A stretch of DNA of 64,000 nt from Trichinella spiralis (lineage: Eukaryota), in contig NW_003526943.1 in assembly GCF_000181795.1 (NCBI RefSeq), forward strand, positions 3,486,609 through 3,550,608, in the 5' to 3' direction. Every line of letters starts with the position of its first letter. The first letter of the stretch is position 1. Below the pieces are notes generated by a model. It saw only the letters and a program-made list of their open reading frames with translations, made no database searches and was not told where the DNA came from. Of the stretch, positions 1 through 14,700 are shown piece after piece. Both the position numbers and the translations under genes were made by a program.

Positions 1-3000
1 ACGAGCTAAGTGCGAACCATTTTTCATACTCATCAAAATACTGCGAACCATTACACAGGCGCATTCTGAATTTACAAGTGATGCTAAAATCAAAATAATA
101 TAAAGTTAATTATTAAATAAAAGTCAAACAATTCAAGCATACTATGGCCATTTTTTCGCAGAATACGATCACAAAAGCTCGACAATTCCATCAACGGCTC
201 AGTAAGTTTAGGGCTTTCAATATTCAACTGTGAAGAATATTGACAGGACAATTTCAAATAACGAAAAGCCTGATCATAGCACAATGTTACAAGCTAAGAG
301 AATAAATATATTATTATTAAATTTAGTTTAGGTTTTTTTTTTGAAAAAAAAACTTCCACCTTTCGTCAAATACTTACCTCACTGATATCAGCAGTATCAG
401 TATTGGAAATCAAACGTGACAGACAAAATTCTGCCAATGTATTTTCTGAGCTCGCAACCACAGTCTCGGCAACATTGTCAAACAGCATACCAATTAGCGC
501 AAACTGATCAGCAGACGAACCTTCCGTTGTATTCAGTTCAGGATCAGTAATTTTCTTCAAATCTAAAATGGAACAATTTTCTCTTTCTAAACCGCATGCA
601 AAAAATATCAATTCATTTCAAAAATCACCAAACAAATTCAACGCCTGCATCAAATAAGCGGATCGGCTTTTCACTGCATTGGCACAATTGGCCAGCTGCA
701 ACAACGCCCACGTCTCGTAGTTCGATGCTTCCAAAAGCAGATGCTTGTCTTGCAATCGTTGAAGCAGCTAAAAAAAATCACAAATTTCAACTTATCATAT
801 TCAATTTGAAATTACAGAAAAAAACAAAAATTATGAAACTTTTTTAATTGAGCTCAACAAAGAAAAAACAACTCCATGATTATTCTGTCGGACTGCGCAT
901 TTTAAATATTGATAACCAAACTGAAGTCTGAACGGAAGCAACGACTGTCGTACATTGGAAACTGAAATTCCCGAATCCACAAGACGTTTACCGAATATTT
1001 CGAGAAATGTTTTTCTAAAAACAGATAAATAACATTGTATAATCTCGTTTTCAAATATTTCGGTCACACAACAGCAAAGTCACAGGAAATAATGCGTTGT
1101 TTTGAACGTAGAAATCTTATTCACCTGTTCAACACAACATCATCGGCTGTAGTAGTTAATGTAGTTTCAACATCCAGTCCATAGCGCAACCAAAATCGAC
1201 ACAATTTGACAACATTTTCCAGCTTAAACTCGTCTAAAAATTTTCAACAAAAATGCATTGAATCCGTTTTTTTCTGTCAAAATTCACAACTGAAACCTGA
1301 TGCATGCAACAAATGCAAAAATTTTGCCGTTTCAGATACGGGCAACAAATCTTGTACAAGCTTCAAACGAGCAGTTACATCACAAACTCGAAGTGTTGGA
1401 TAACACTAACAAATCAAAATAAAATTAATATTATCATTCAAATAAAATATGAAGAAAAAAAATAACAACTCACTTTCAGAAATGAATCCATTGAAAGACT
1501 GAGAAAGTACTGGGATTTCGTGAAATTTTCACGTAAAATGTTCAGCAATACTAACAATCCTGAATGTCGATTCTAAATACAAAACGTTTTTGTATTGAAT
1601 AAAATGCACTGCCGTTGTTATAGTTCGCACTTCGAGAATTTCCCTATTTTTCGGTACAGATTGATTCTGTTCGACAAAAGTAGACAATTCTTCCAGAGCT
1701 ACTGAATCGGATGTCAAAGCAATTTTCAATTTAGATCGAAGAAAAACTGGCAAATGCATATTCTGCAAATGAAAAAAAAATTACACGCAAAATTTGAAAC
1801 AAAGCCACTTTTCGAATTTATACAATAAGATAGTCGGTTTCCCAAATTTGATCCAACTTAGTAGTTTGCCCAGTGGAACCAAACGTGGTCGACCACGCTT
1901 CCAAACCTTTCCAATCGTTCAACATTTCCAAGCACTAAAAACCAATTACGATTTGCAATTCACAAAACTGTTCCAATGGTAAAAATGGTCAATTTTGTCA
2001 TACACGAATTCGAGCTTCGTACAACAGATTCGCTTCAGCTTTCTCGACAATGCCACCGGATTTTCTCTGCTTGTTGTTAAATGTCTACAAGCATGAAGAA
2101 AAATTATTTACATAACATCAAAACATGTGGAACAGTTCCACTTCTCCGTAAATTGCCGCGGCGCCTTCAAAATCACCAGCAGCTTCCATTTCCAAAGCCA
2201 ACTTTGTTTCTTCTGCAGTTAACAAATGTTTCGTAAAAACAGCTCTCAAATTTTCCAATTCACCACACTGCTTGTAAAGCCTGCGGGATAAAATTCAAAA
2301 ATTTTACATTCAATTAACAACCTTTATACAACAGTTGAAGGGTTCCAATTGGACAGTCGATTGAAAAATAACCTGGCAAGCTCAACCCAAAGTTGATCGA
2401 TTTCGTTCACATGTTTCGGACGCCACTCATGGGACGTTGAAGCGGTAGTGTCTTCGACGGCGACTTCAATTCTTCGTTCCAAAAGTACAATTCCACAGTC
2501 CGGTTGGCCACTCCCGATTGCTACGTTCGCAATATCGGTCGGTTCAAAATCCACATATTCAATAAAATTGTACAAAAAATTCTAAAAAAAATGTAATTTT
2601 TAAAAAGTCCACCCAAAATAATCCACAGACAACGAAGCTTGTTAAGCTGTTACCATAAGGCAAGATACAAGTGGACGGTGAAAGGTGACCATTGAACGGA
2701 AAATTTCACGCACACCATCGTTAATTGAGTTAAAATATTTTTCCGTCACTTCAAAACCGCAACTCTCAATCACATGTGCCACCACTCCGTACATCAAAGA
2801 TTCGAACAGTTGTCCAGCGAATACTTTGTCAAGCTAAAAAGTCCACATTCAAACAACAATATCCAACTTTTTCATCTCATGTATGTGTGCAACGAGCAAT
2901 TCGATAAAAGCTATTAAAGGAAAAACAGGAAAACTACCCCCCCCCCACCCGTGATTTATTATAATTTTACTTTACATCTAAACTACAGCCTCAACTCTGC

Positions 3001-5748
3001 AATTGCAATAAATATTGTTCGTTTAAAATTTTGTCTCCCTTTAATTAACACACCAATGTGTTTCAACAATATCCAAAAAACGAAGCTTTCACTAAACATA
3101 AAGAAATAATTTAAACATACAAAGTTAAATTTTGAAAAATTAAATAATTGACAAATAAAAAAATTCCATTCACACCTCAGCTACAGCTTGCAAAGTGATG
3201 ATGACAGCTGAATAGGGAATTTGAATATCTGGAAAATCACCACTTCTATACTTGCCACGCAAATCCAAACTTTGCTGCTTCAAACGCTAAAAAATACACA
3301 TAATTAACTAATGCAGCGGAAGTTTTGATGATTAGAATAAATTAGCAAGTATATTTTTGCTTCTTATTGAGCATTTTCCCAAAACAACTATCCTATATAT
3401 ACTATTCAATTCTAGTTAGTCTATTCTAGTATACTATTAGTAATACGAATAATAATATAATAAATTCCATTCATTTAATTGTAGAAAAAAAAATTTAACA
3501 TTAACTGAACATGAAAGCAAACAACCTCGATCACTTTCTGGCGTTTTCTGTCCAAATTCACAAAGAACGCTTTCTCTTCCGTATCTTTCAGTATGCGATT
3601 TTTCAAAAACTGCAAATCTCCATCCAAATCGTCTAAATAAATAACAAACAATCACCTATAAGTGTTCCAATGTTGTGCAAGCATTTCTTACCAACTTTTT
3701 TTACACTTGAAGATTTCGGTTTTTTTATATCTTGCAAGATTTTATCCAAAATTACAGTCAAATTATCACTGGAATCTGATTCATCGAAATCAAGTTCAAA
3801 AGTATCCGCAGAAACATTTTTCTTCAAATCTACAAATTAGCGAAATAAGAGTCCTTTTTGTAGAACATCATTAGCAATTAGCAGAACCAGTGACTGCGGT
3901 AGGAGTGAAGCTGGACGAAGCAGTTGATTCTGTCGAAAATGTCCGTCCGTAGGGTATTTTTCTTTTTCTCGATATGAATTGACTAACCGCTTGTTGAACG
4001 CTGTGCGTATCAGTTTGCATATACGCTGGCACTTCCAAGCTGGCGTAACGGCTTTGCCAATGTGTAGATATGGGCAAATTCTAGAACACAGCAATAATAA
4101 AATTTCAAATGAATCAACTTGCGAATCAAAATGAATAACATTTTTCTATTATGTGCTAGTAGTGTATATTTTTAGATATGTTAGGAAAATTTAAAACATA
4201 AATATCAACCTCAAATGTACAATCTTCAAGAGGATGATCATAGATCGGACGAGTGTAATCAGGACTATGACAAGTCAACTCTAGCATTACATAAGAGGCA
4301 TGTGATAAAAATGTGCTTTCAGTAGCACAAGTGTACAGCTGCGATAAACAGTTCAACAACCGTGCTGATGTGGAAATTTCCAAACGACTCTCATCACACC
4401 AAAAGTTGTAAACAAGCTGTCTTAAAATATCAATGGATAATTGTTTCTGTGCACAAAAAACAATGCAAAGAATTTTTTGGTATACCGGATTGATTTGTTC
4501 GAATCAGACAGCATTGTGAGCAAGTGCATTTTTGTCGTTGCCAAAGCTGTTTTGGAATTTTCACTACTGTCATTCAAAGAGCTGAAAGTATGAAATAAAT
4601 AATTTTCATATTTGGTCATTCAAGAACAATACCTAAGCTTCGTATATAGAGAGCAACACATCTCAGCAAACGCTCGACGACACGAAGGTGAGAAATTACC
4701 AACTACCGCAGAAGAAAATGATGAAACCAAATCACTGACGTTTTCCACTGACAAATTGGCGTGTATATTTTTCACAATGTACATTCCAAGCATTTGATCC
4801 CGTTCATGCCTGTAAAATTTAGTTCGAGAAAAAAAACAGAATTCAATAAAGTCATATGAAATGTAAAATATACCGGAGAGAAAAAATTTTCAAAAATCCT
4901 CTACTCTTCAATTCTTCGAACAAATCCCCTTTGTACTTTGAAACAGCAAGAAAGCCTTCTAGGCAAGCCGTTTTAAGATCACCCTGCACACTCGGAAACC
5001 AATCGAGCAAATCGTTGAAAAACCTTAAAATAAATATGAGGTAAAAATTTAAAATAAATGAACAAGAAAAAAAAATACAATTTACTGCAAGGCAAATTCC
5101 GGATAATTGAGCAATATTTCATGAAGGCACAACAGGCATTTGCTTCTTCCCACCACGGTTCCAGTCATTCTGCTCATAACTACTTTCATGCTTTTCAAAA
5201 GCCACTCGCAGTCTGTCTGCAACTAATTGGCAAATAAAAATTATTATGATTATTTGAAAAAATAATTTCCAAATTTTATATTTACTTCACTCAACACTTT
5301 CAAAGACAATCCGCATACAAAGGCTGCAAGTTTGTATACTTTGACTTTTTTTAATGATAAAAGACCAATCAGATGAGAAAAAATGCTTAAATAAAAATAA
5401 AAGAAAAACTAGCAACAACATTAACTATCAATATTATACATTTCGGAACAAAATTTTGGCCGCGTTTGCTGATTTGCTCTGATAAAGCATTCATTAATAC
5501 ATTTCCATTAAAAAAAACTATCAGTCCTCATGTTCCTCAGTAGATCAGTAATTAATTATTTATCTAATGAATATAAAAAGCTGTAGTAATCGTTTCAAGT
5601 TTCATAAATTTAATGACCGTCAAAAAGAGGAAACAATCCACACCCCTATCTGCTATGCAGAGAAACAAATACAATCTAGAAACAGTAGTTTCGGTTAATG
5701 AGCGCCAAAAATCTGTCCCTCATAAAAACAAACCACTAGTAAGCAAAA

Positions 5749-5779
<31 letters not shown>

Positions 5780-8700
5780 AACCCACCCGGATTCATGATT
5801 AGGGTCAGTGAGGAAGGAAAATGTTTCAGGCACAGTATTCAAGCATAAGCACAAAATGCTAATGCCGCATAAGTTTTCCATCTCGTCGTGTAATGGAAAG
5901 CAGATTTTTTCCAAAATCCACCTGAAATTTTTACAATTAAAAAGTTAAGTAAATCACAGTTAAATAAATAAACAGTACGATGGATCCAAAGTGACGAACG
6001 GTTTCCAAAGAACAAGCATCGTTTCAATGATGCGCAGGTTTCGTTTGAAAACTTTTCCACTTTTTGAACAACAATGCTGAACGCAAAATTTCAAAAGATC
6101 ATTCAACGAATCTTTCGGAATAGCTTCATCCTTTTGCAAGTAAATGGAAAAAAAAGAAATTTCCCAAATATAATTAAAATAATTTTCTCGTCAACAAAAA
6201 AGTTACCTTTTTGAGATGCGCAGTCCATTCGAATAATACAACAATAAGATCTACTCGGAAATAATGCAAAATATTTGAACCAAATTCGTCCATCACTATT
6301 AATTTTATAATTGGAGAAATCCATTCCAAATAAAATGGACGAAATACCTATAAAAAGCAACACTATTATAACAAAAACACGCAAAATCACAACTCGACGC
6401 AGAATATACATGAAAACATTGGACTATAATTCTTGCTATGAACAAGCGAACGTTGATAGAACCGAAGTTTAAAAAGTCTCGCATAGATGCCATCCATGCT
6501 GGAAGTGGCGTATCCTAAATTGAGCAACATTAAAAGCGTTCTATATTTATATTTATTACAGTTATGCAAAATTAAGTTTTATTCATTAAGCAATGCAACA
6601 CGCAATGTATTACGTATTGCGATATTGTGGTTGAAGAATTTCTCGAAATGTTACCAACCACATAGAAAAAATATAGACTGTTACAAAATTAAACTGAAAT
6701 AACAAACAATTTGCCATCTTCAAGCAAAAATGTTAAATTATTTAAAACTGAAAATTCAAAAATAAAATACCGCTGCATTTGGTATCAGGCCCATCTGATC
6801 CATGTAGTTGATAACATCTACCATCGACTGCATGCATGGATGCTGATCTAAGAAATCCAATTTTGTTTTTGAATAAAATCTCAATACCTATAATACAAAT
6901 AGGCATCCAGAAAAAATAATAATACTTTTTAATAAATATTATCGTAGTTTTTTACATCTTTATCATTCGCAGATACTGTTTCCTTTTCAGCACAATGGAT
7001 GCTCGCTTCCAGTGATTCGGTCAAATCGAACTGAGTTGCCATAGCTGAAAGACTGCTGTCCAACAAAACGGACAATTCAACCTGATTTTCGGATTCAGCG
7101 CTTGGCGGTTTCTCTTCCCTCGAATAATACATTTTTCCCGCGGATTGCTGAATTTCAAAAAATAATTTCCTCTAACAGAATAACAGACAGACAAAAATAC
7201 TTCTTCTTCTTGAATTTCTCGATCAAATTCATACTTCACTTCATTATCAATTATAGATTCCCAACACTAAATACATAATTTAAATTCAAACAATATCAAA
7301 TGTATATATATAATTATGCATACGTCATTAAATACGAAACCTTCATAATGTTTGAGATGGGACTGGGTTTTTTTAACCAAAGCTATAATACAATTTTGTG
7401 CTGCACAACGGTATTCAAAAAAGTACCTCTGAATTGAGCCCAATTTTGAATCTCTGCAAAATTCTTTCTTTGCTCCAACTGCACAACTGAAACCCAACCA
7501 AATTAACAAATAATTAATCAATGTTGCGGCCTTCAATTAATAAATAAATAATCGACCTGGCTAGCTTTTTGATGAGTTCATTTTTCATTTGACCATCAGA
7601 ACCCAAGTATGAGCTGTTCACTTCAGTTTTCAAAAATTCCAAATCCAACACCTTGTAAATTATTTCAAAAATTTTGTAACAACCAATTTTAGTGATAACT
7701 TGCTCTTCATAATCTGTTTTAATTTCCTGTAAAAGAAAATTACCTGAGATATTTATCACAAAAAAAATAAATACTAGCATACTGAAATCGAGCTTTCTGT
7801 CAAGCACGACACCAGTGTTTGAATTCTTCTACACGTCCAAGAAAGTAATAAATCACTATTCAAGGAATGTAGAAACGGTATAAAGAATTCATTCAACAAT
7901 GCCAATCTCAAAGATGCGCAAACGCAACTTGACGGATTAAAAAACATTTCATCTAACAATACTAAGATATTCTCCAAAACTACACGACTTGCCCTGAAAA
8001 AATAGAGAATATACTTTTTTAACATAAAAGTTGAAATAATTTACAAAATTCTCAAAATTCTATAAGCACTGAAACGTAAAACAAAAACTGTCAATTTCTC
8101 ACACTCTACTGCTTACCTGGATGAAAACTTTTGCAATTGATGCTTCAGATCTGATGCTATTGGGTGAGACTGTTCACGACAGATCATGCTGAGAAGCAAT
8201 TCCAAGATTACTGGAGATCCAGTGCAACCAAATGCGAATAATATCTTTAAAATGTTTTTGCAAATATTAAAAAAAAATTAATACAATCCTATTGGCCTGT
8301 TTTACCTTCTGACACGCTGCCACGTACTGATCGTACTTTGCTGTTCCTTTTGCAAATTCGTCACTTTTCAGTGGGAAATTATTCACCATGAACAATTTCA
8401 AACTTTTGCCCAACTCAGATGCATGCTTATCAAACGTACAAAAGCCAGCCAACAAACTGAGCATATTATTCTAAAAGATAGAATCTAATTAAACTTAATT
8501 TACAGTTTTAAAATTAATTTTTAAGAAACATAAAATTACAAAAAATACAGTTTAATAGGAAAATTAATGTTTTCTCTTCAAACTTTATTTTCAAAAACAT
8601 GATTTTCAATATTTCATTTCAATACTTTCATTATAGTGAAATGTGAAAATGATAAATTCTATAAACAATTTTATGAATAATTTCATAAAAGTCAGTTCCA

Positions 8701-11700
8701 CTAAAAAAATATAAATTTTTAAAGAAATTCATTTACTGATAAATATAATAATTCATCAAGAATAACAAAAAAAATTTGTAATATATTAAAACAAATTATT
8801 TAAATTTCCATTTGTAGAAAATAATTTTCAAATTTCTTACTTTAAAATCCAACGTAAGCGATTGATCATTGAGCATCATAAAATAAGCCGATGCCATTGG
8901 TGCAAATTCTTCCCATTCGGTTATCTAAAAATCGAGATCAAACAATCCGTCCATAAGAAACAGAAAATCCCTACCTTAGAGTCAATTAAAATCAGTTTCA
9001 TTATCAATTTCAGCCAAAGCAATTTCAACGTCTCATTAGAAACAGCAACATCCGCCCAGTAAAGCAGTTCTTGGCCGAAAATTTGCAAAACTTGCAATGC
9101 CAAATCTCGACCATGCCTGAAAAATCAAATCAAACAAAACAGATATATTTGGAATTTTGTTCAACAATATTTCAAGAAATACTTTTTCCGTAGATCACTG
9201 CTGTGCACTACAACAGTGACCGTGTGAAGCAATGCTCGACCAACTACATCCGGCTGGCAACGAGAAGCTTCTTTGAGATGCTTCAAAAATAATTCTGCAT
9301 TGGTGCACAATAGAAGTGCAATCTCTTCGCTAAAGTTGGCAATCAACAACTCGCCTTTGGTGCTGCACAAAGTTGAGCATTCGGCCAGTCGAACAGATTC
9401 AGCATTCATTAGCAGTTTTATTAAAACGTCAACCTGGAGAAACAACATTATTATTTCATTGAAAACTATTGCCTATACAATTTAAATACCCAAAAACAAC
9501 AGCATCAGTTAATTAATAAAAGTCTACGTATAGAGATGAATCTCAATTCGAAAAATTACACTATGAAATTTATTATTATCATTATTAAGCATGATATAAT
9601 GTAGATGGAAATTTGGAAAAAAACTATTAATTAATATATTGCTTTGGAAAAAAAATTAAACTATTGAAAGGAATTGTTCATTAGTTTTTTTTCAATTAAC
9701 AGTTAGTTAGCTGTTTAATTCACGCTGTCCACTTTACCGCTGATCCTGTCAACGCTGCAACACGAAAAATCTGCTTGACCATGCCCAGCTTGGATGGAGG
9801 CAACCCGATACGCTTGCTGAAATAAACATCAGCTACTGTGGTCCACAGAAATTCTGCTCCCGGCAATTCAACTACACATTGCAGGCCCACTTCCACTAAC
9901 ATGCCATAAACGTTCAACAATTGTTGCTGCTCAATTGCAAGATGTGAGTCACATGTGACAACTGATTTAACATCTGGCCACGGATAGAATCTGATAAACA
10001 ACACCATTATGATATTGATAATTAATGAACAATGTAGAAAAAAAACATTGTACTGGGTTAAATATTCTTTCATACTGGTGGAAACTTGTTGAACAAGAAA
10101 AGTATTATCCTTCAACGCCAAGAACAATAATCGAACGTCTTGGGAGATGCATTCGAAAAGTTGTTTCGAATACAACCGAAACCCCAACGATTTGGGATCG
10201 CACGCAACTTTCAAAAATGCATTCCAAGTGTTCGGGTAGAGCAACAATTTCAAAAATCCCTACAAATTCAATTCAATCTAAGCCGTCAAAAAATTAACTG
10301 TAATAATATTATTATTATTACGTACTTGAAAATTATTCAAATTCGGACAATTGACCAATGCCGCTATCAACTTACACAACGCTACAAAACATTTGCACCT
10401 CGTCCTGTGAAATAGATACTTTTGGGTATTAATTAATACAACAATTAATAATAAATTTTTCACTTGTTCAATCGATTTCTTTGCGTTTTTGAAATATTGG
10501 GAAAATTTCGCCCAATTACAATACTGTTCACCAAATCCATGCTGCATGGAAACAGTAGACTCTTCATTCGAGGATGTTCGTCTAAAAGTGTTCAAATGGA
10601 ATTGAAAACTGATTGAAATGGACTTTTTATTTTTACTAAGCAAGTAATCGTTCCAATCTTCCATTGATATGCGATTCGTATTCAAAGCCCAAACGTAACC
10701 ATCTATCATAGCTTCATACGTCTCCAACCAAAGTACCAAAGCGTAAATCGACGTACCCGTGGCAACTCTGTCCTGGAGATTGCAAATGCTGAACGAGCCA
10801 AGTACAGACCTGTGACTTCGTTCGAAGCTGAAATAGACATGTTTCAAGTCTGATTTCTTTCGAGGAAAAATGAAAATAATTTTACTGATCTATAAGTCCA
10901 AATATGCTTGTTCCGATGTGTCTCAGGAAGTGTAACTTTTCAATTTCTGCAACAAATAGAAAAACAGCATTATACAAGGAAAAAAACTTACACTTCAATA
11001 TTCAAAAAAAAAATTAAATAAATAACCTAAACCCGCGTTCGTCAGCTCCTGGTAAGAGACGAAGCATTCTGAACGAAACTGATAATTCGACCAAGTCATT
11101 GTATTCAACAGCCAGTCACAACAGCAGTGTATAGTCGACTGCGACCATTCACTGAAAATTTGAAAAATACAATTTTTTTGGAAAAAATTAAATCAACATT
11201 TACTTCGGTGTTCTTCTTCGCTCGTTGTGAATTCGAAGCATATTCAAATTGTACAAAATTATTCGCCTAATATGCTTGATTGCCTGCTTACATTCATCCA
11301 CCGTACCTTCAAAGTGCACAATAAAATTGCAATATATATGATTCATGAAAATAACGAAAAGATTCACCATATAATTCGTCGTCATTCTCAGCCAAATACA
11401 ACGATTTCATGAAAGTGAAAAACATCTCTAATATGTAAATATCAACGAGCCATCTTTTCTCACTTAAAAAATCAATTCAAATGTCAAAAATTATTACAAG
11501 TGAAGTAGAAATAATCATGGAATTGGTTACCGAATAATTTTATACAAATTGTTGAACGCTACGGCTGCACCGGCACGCTTCACAGCCGAAGAGTGGACGG
11601 CAAAAGTGATGATCGTTTGAACGAGCAGTTCGACTTTACTCTCGCCGTGCATATTTTGACCAGCGTTGTCCACTCTGCGCATGGACCATCTACAATATTC

Positions 11701-14700
11701 ACTGATGTAATATGCAGATTGATCACGCAGCGACGAATTCCAAAAGCAGCACAAGCCATCCTTAACAACAAAATACACTGATATTCGAGTTATTAATAAT
11801 GAAACAACAAAATGCAAAAATGAATACATACCATCAACGTGTCAAGTAAACAAGAAGTGACAATTTTGTCCGCAAAATCTGTTCCGGAAAACAAATGCAA
11901 AATTTGTACAAACAACGTCGAAAACATTTGCTTTGGAACCTAAATTCGATAATTAAAATGGGGAAAGGGGAATAAGTATTATGCGTGAAAGATTTTCACT
12001 GACTTCGTCCACATCGCAAGAAAGTTTCAACAATACTGGAAATATATGACTGTAAGCTTTGCTTATGGATTCCTGAAGCAGGTAAAAAAGTGAAAGTGAA
12101 ATAAGTGAAATATGAATAAGGCAAATCGAAATCACACCCGATCTTTCACTTTCACAGTTCTGAACGATTCATTGCCGAGCAAAAAAAGCACACAAGCATG
12201 CAACGCTTCACAGGCGGCTACTTTGAGCGGTCGATCACCAGCTGACAATGCCAAATCGCAAAGTCGAGGTAGAAGTGTATCTAAATTTGGGGACAATGAA
12301 AAAAAAAGGGAATAATAATCATAAATCACTAGTCGCATACCCAAAGCAATTTCGAATTTCATATCCGGAAATGGACATATGAATTCAAGATGACTGCCCT
12401 GCCCCCAACGTAGAAGCGATCCAGCGTCGGCGCTGTTGATCAAAAAGCGATTCATCTTCAAAATAAAAAAAGAAACAAATAATCACCAATCACCACTGCT
12501 AAATTTGAGCTGAAATTTACATAGCAGCCCAGTGAACCGACAAATGAAGCAATACGTCGCAGTACGGTCTGCGGATTGGGAATTTCTTCTTCACTGTCAT
12601 TGTCGTCGCCTTTGTCGAAAACATTTCCACTGTTTCGCTTTCTGTTGAACAATGTCGACTTTTCCCCATTATAATTGAAGCCGTTGTTCGAAACCAACGT
12701 TTCGTCTGAATTGCAAATTATTAAGATGAGATGAACATTTTAAAAAATAAAAATTACAAAGAAAAAAAAATCTCCAAATCCCAAATTCTCACCAACTGAA
12801 GTGCAGCGTAGATAATCGTCGAATATTGGCAACAGATCGGTATAAAATGAATCCAACTGTGGTTCATCTTCTGGAAATTCTGCCGACCACTTTTCAAGTG
12901 CGTCCAAACAAACGCATGCGATCGGCAAATAATTCAAACCCAACTTCAGGCTACTCTGAAATTACAACAAGCAATATAATTTCATCACTGAGATATATTG
13001 CAAAACGCTAATCAGAAACTTTAATTGCTTCTTTGATCGATTCGAGCTTCTCGACCACAATGCAAGTCGGCAAAGCAAGCAGAAAACGCAAACAGCTCAC
13101 CAAAAGTTCACCTTGAAATCTGCAACTCTCCACGAGTACCTTTTCAAAAGGGCAAATTATAATTTCAAATATTAAAATAAATCTATAAATCATTACATGG
13201 TCAATAAAATCTGACAAAAGTAACTTGTAGTGAGAACTGCAATTCTCAGTTTTGTCGTCTTGCTTTGTGGAATTGAAATAATTCAACTTTTCCGCCATTG
13301 TTACCCAAAGGGCCAAAAGTTTGTAAAATCCACTGACCATTGGATATCTAAGTAAAAATATAATTTTAAATTATACAACAAGTTTACTTTACAAAAGAAA
13401 AGTTTACTAAAGATGAACATACCTTGATGACAATTCCAGCAGCATGGTGAGCATCGGTTGGAGCCAAGGTTCAAACAGAACGTGAGATCCCTTCATAATA
13501 ACTGATCTAACGGTAAAATGCAAAATTGAAACAACATAAATCACAATCGTGCATGATGATGGTTTTGAATCTTAAGAATATACAATTTCATACCTGCACA
13601 ATTCGACTAAATTATAAAATAAATCATAATCAGCCTGTTTTGTTGGAATGACATGCAAAATTGGATTGCTAAATCGAAATGTGTATTCCTAAACGACAAA
13701 ATTTTTTAAATAATTTAATTTATTTAACTGGAAAAAGATTTATTCACTTCGACATCTTGAAATGCTTTTGTTTCGAATGACAAAAGTCGAACAATTTCCA
13801 AAAAACTTTTCATGAAACAATCGAAAAATGTACGCCGAATATTCACTTGCATACTTCTATCAAAACCAAATTCTGAAAGCTAAAAAAAGCAACATTTTCA
13901 TATTTTTTGTCAATTTAAAAAATTTTAAACATCTATTATTATTATTATTACGTACATCGACAAATTCAGAGTCGAGCAACATTTTCCAAAATGGCAAATA
14001 ATCTGCCAAATAAAATGCGTTCTCATCTTTCGGCAAAACTATCGACTCTTTTCCAACACTGGGCAGAGAAGCAATGACACGAATCAATGATTGAAAAACT
14101 AAAATTTACATAAATGTATAATCAATAAAGAAAATGAACATATATTTTCATAATTTTATAATAGAATACCAATTGACTGGATGTATTGATAATTGTGCCC
14201 GTAAGCTGCGGCAAATGTTGCAAAATTTATCACTTTACAACGGTGATAGAAACGCTTTTCCATCAGTGGAAAATTGTGAAAAAGCGTCACATGGAACCGC
14301 TCCATCAACTGCCAAACATCGTCAGCAATCTAAACGGAACAACATTACAAATGCAATTCACATCCGCCACCACAGCTTTCTTCTCGTGTGCTTTCATTTT
14401 ACAAAATTTGCATTTGAAATTTACCTTACTCAAGCATATCAAACCCCTGGAAGCTGTTTCTAAAATGTTAGTGATGTGATATACTTTTTGTTGTTGCGCA
14501 TCAGACGATCTGAAAAAACTCAAAAATGAACAAAGTACACAATCAAAAAAATATTCAAAATATTCGTACGTGGTTGAGAGATATTCGAATCGTTGCAACA
14601 ATTTTCGAAGTATCTTGCAAACTTCTTCCTCGCCGTACAAAGCTTTTCCAATCTGAAAAACACAGAACACATAAAAGCAAAAATTATTTTAAAAAATCAA

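Noticed and set aside
5400..6760. Possible separate gene nested in PRKDC (ORFs 5720-6493)
   Set aside because: The peptides (NVRLFIARII...FLQL, NLCGISIL) are collinear DNA-PKcs exons on the same strand.
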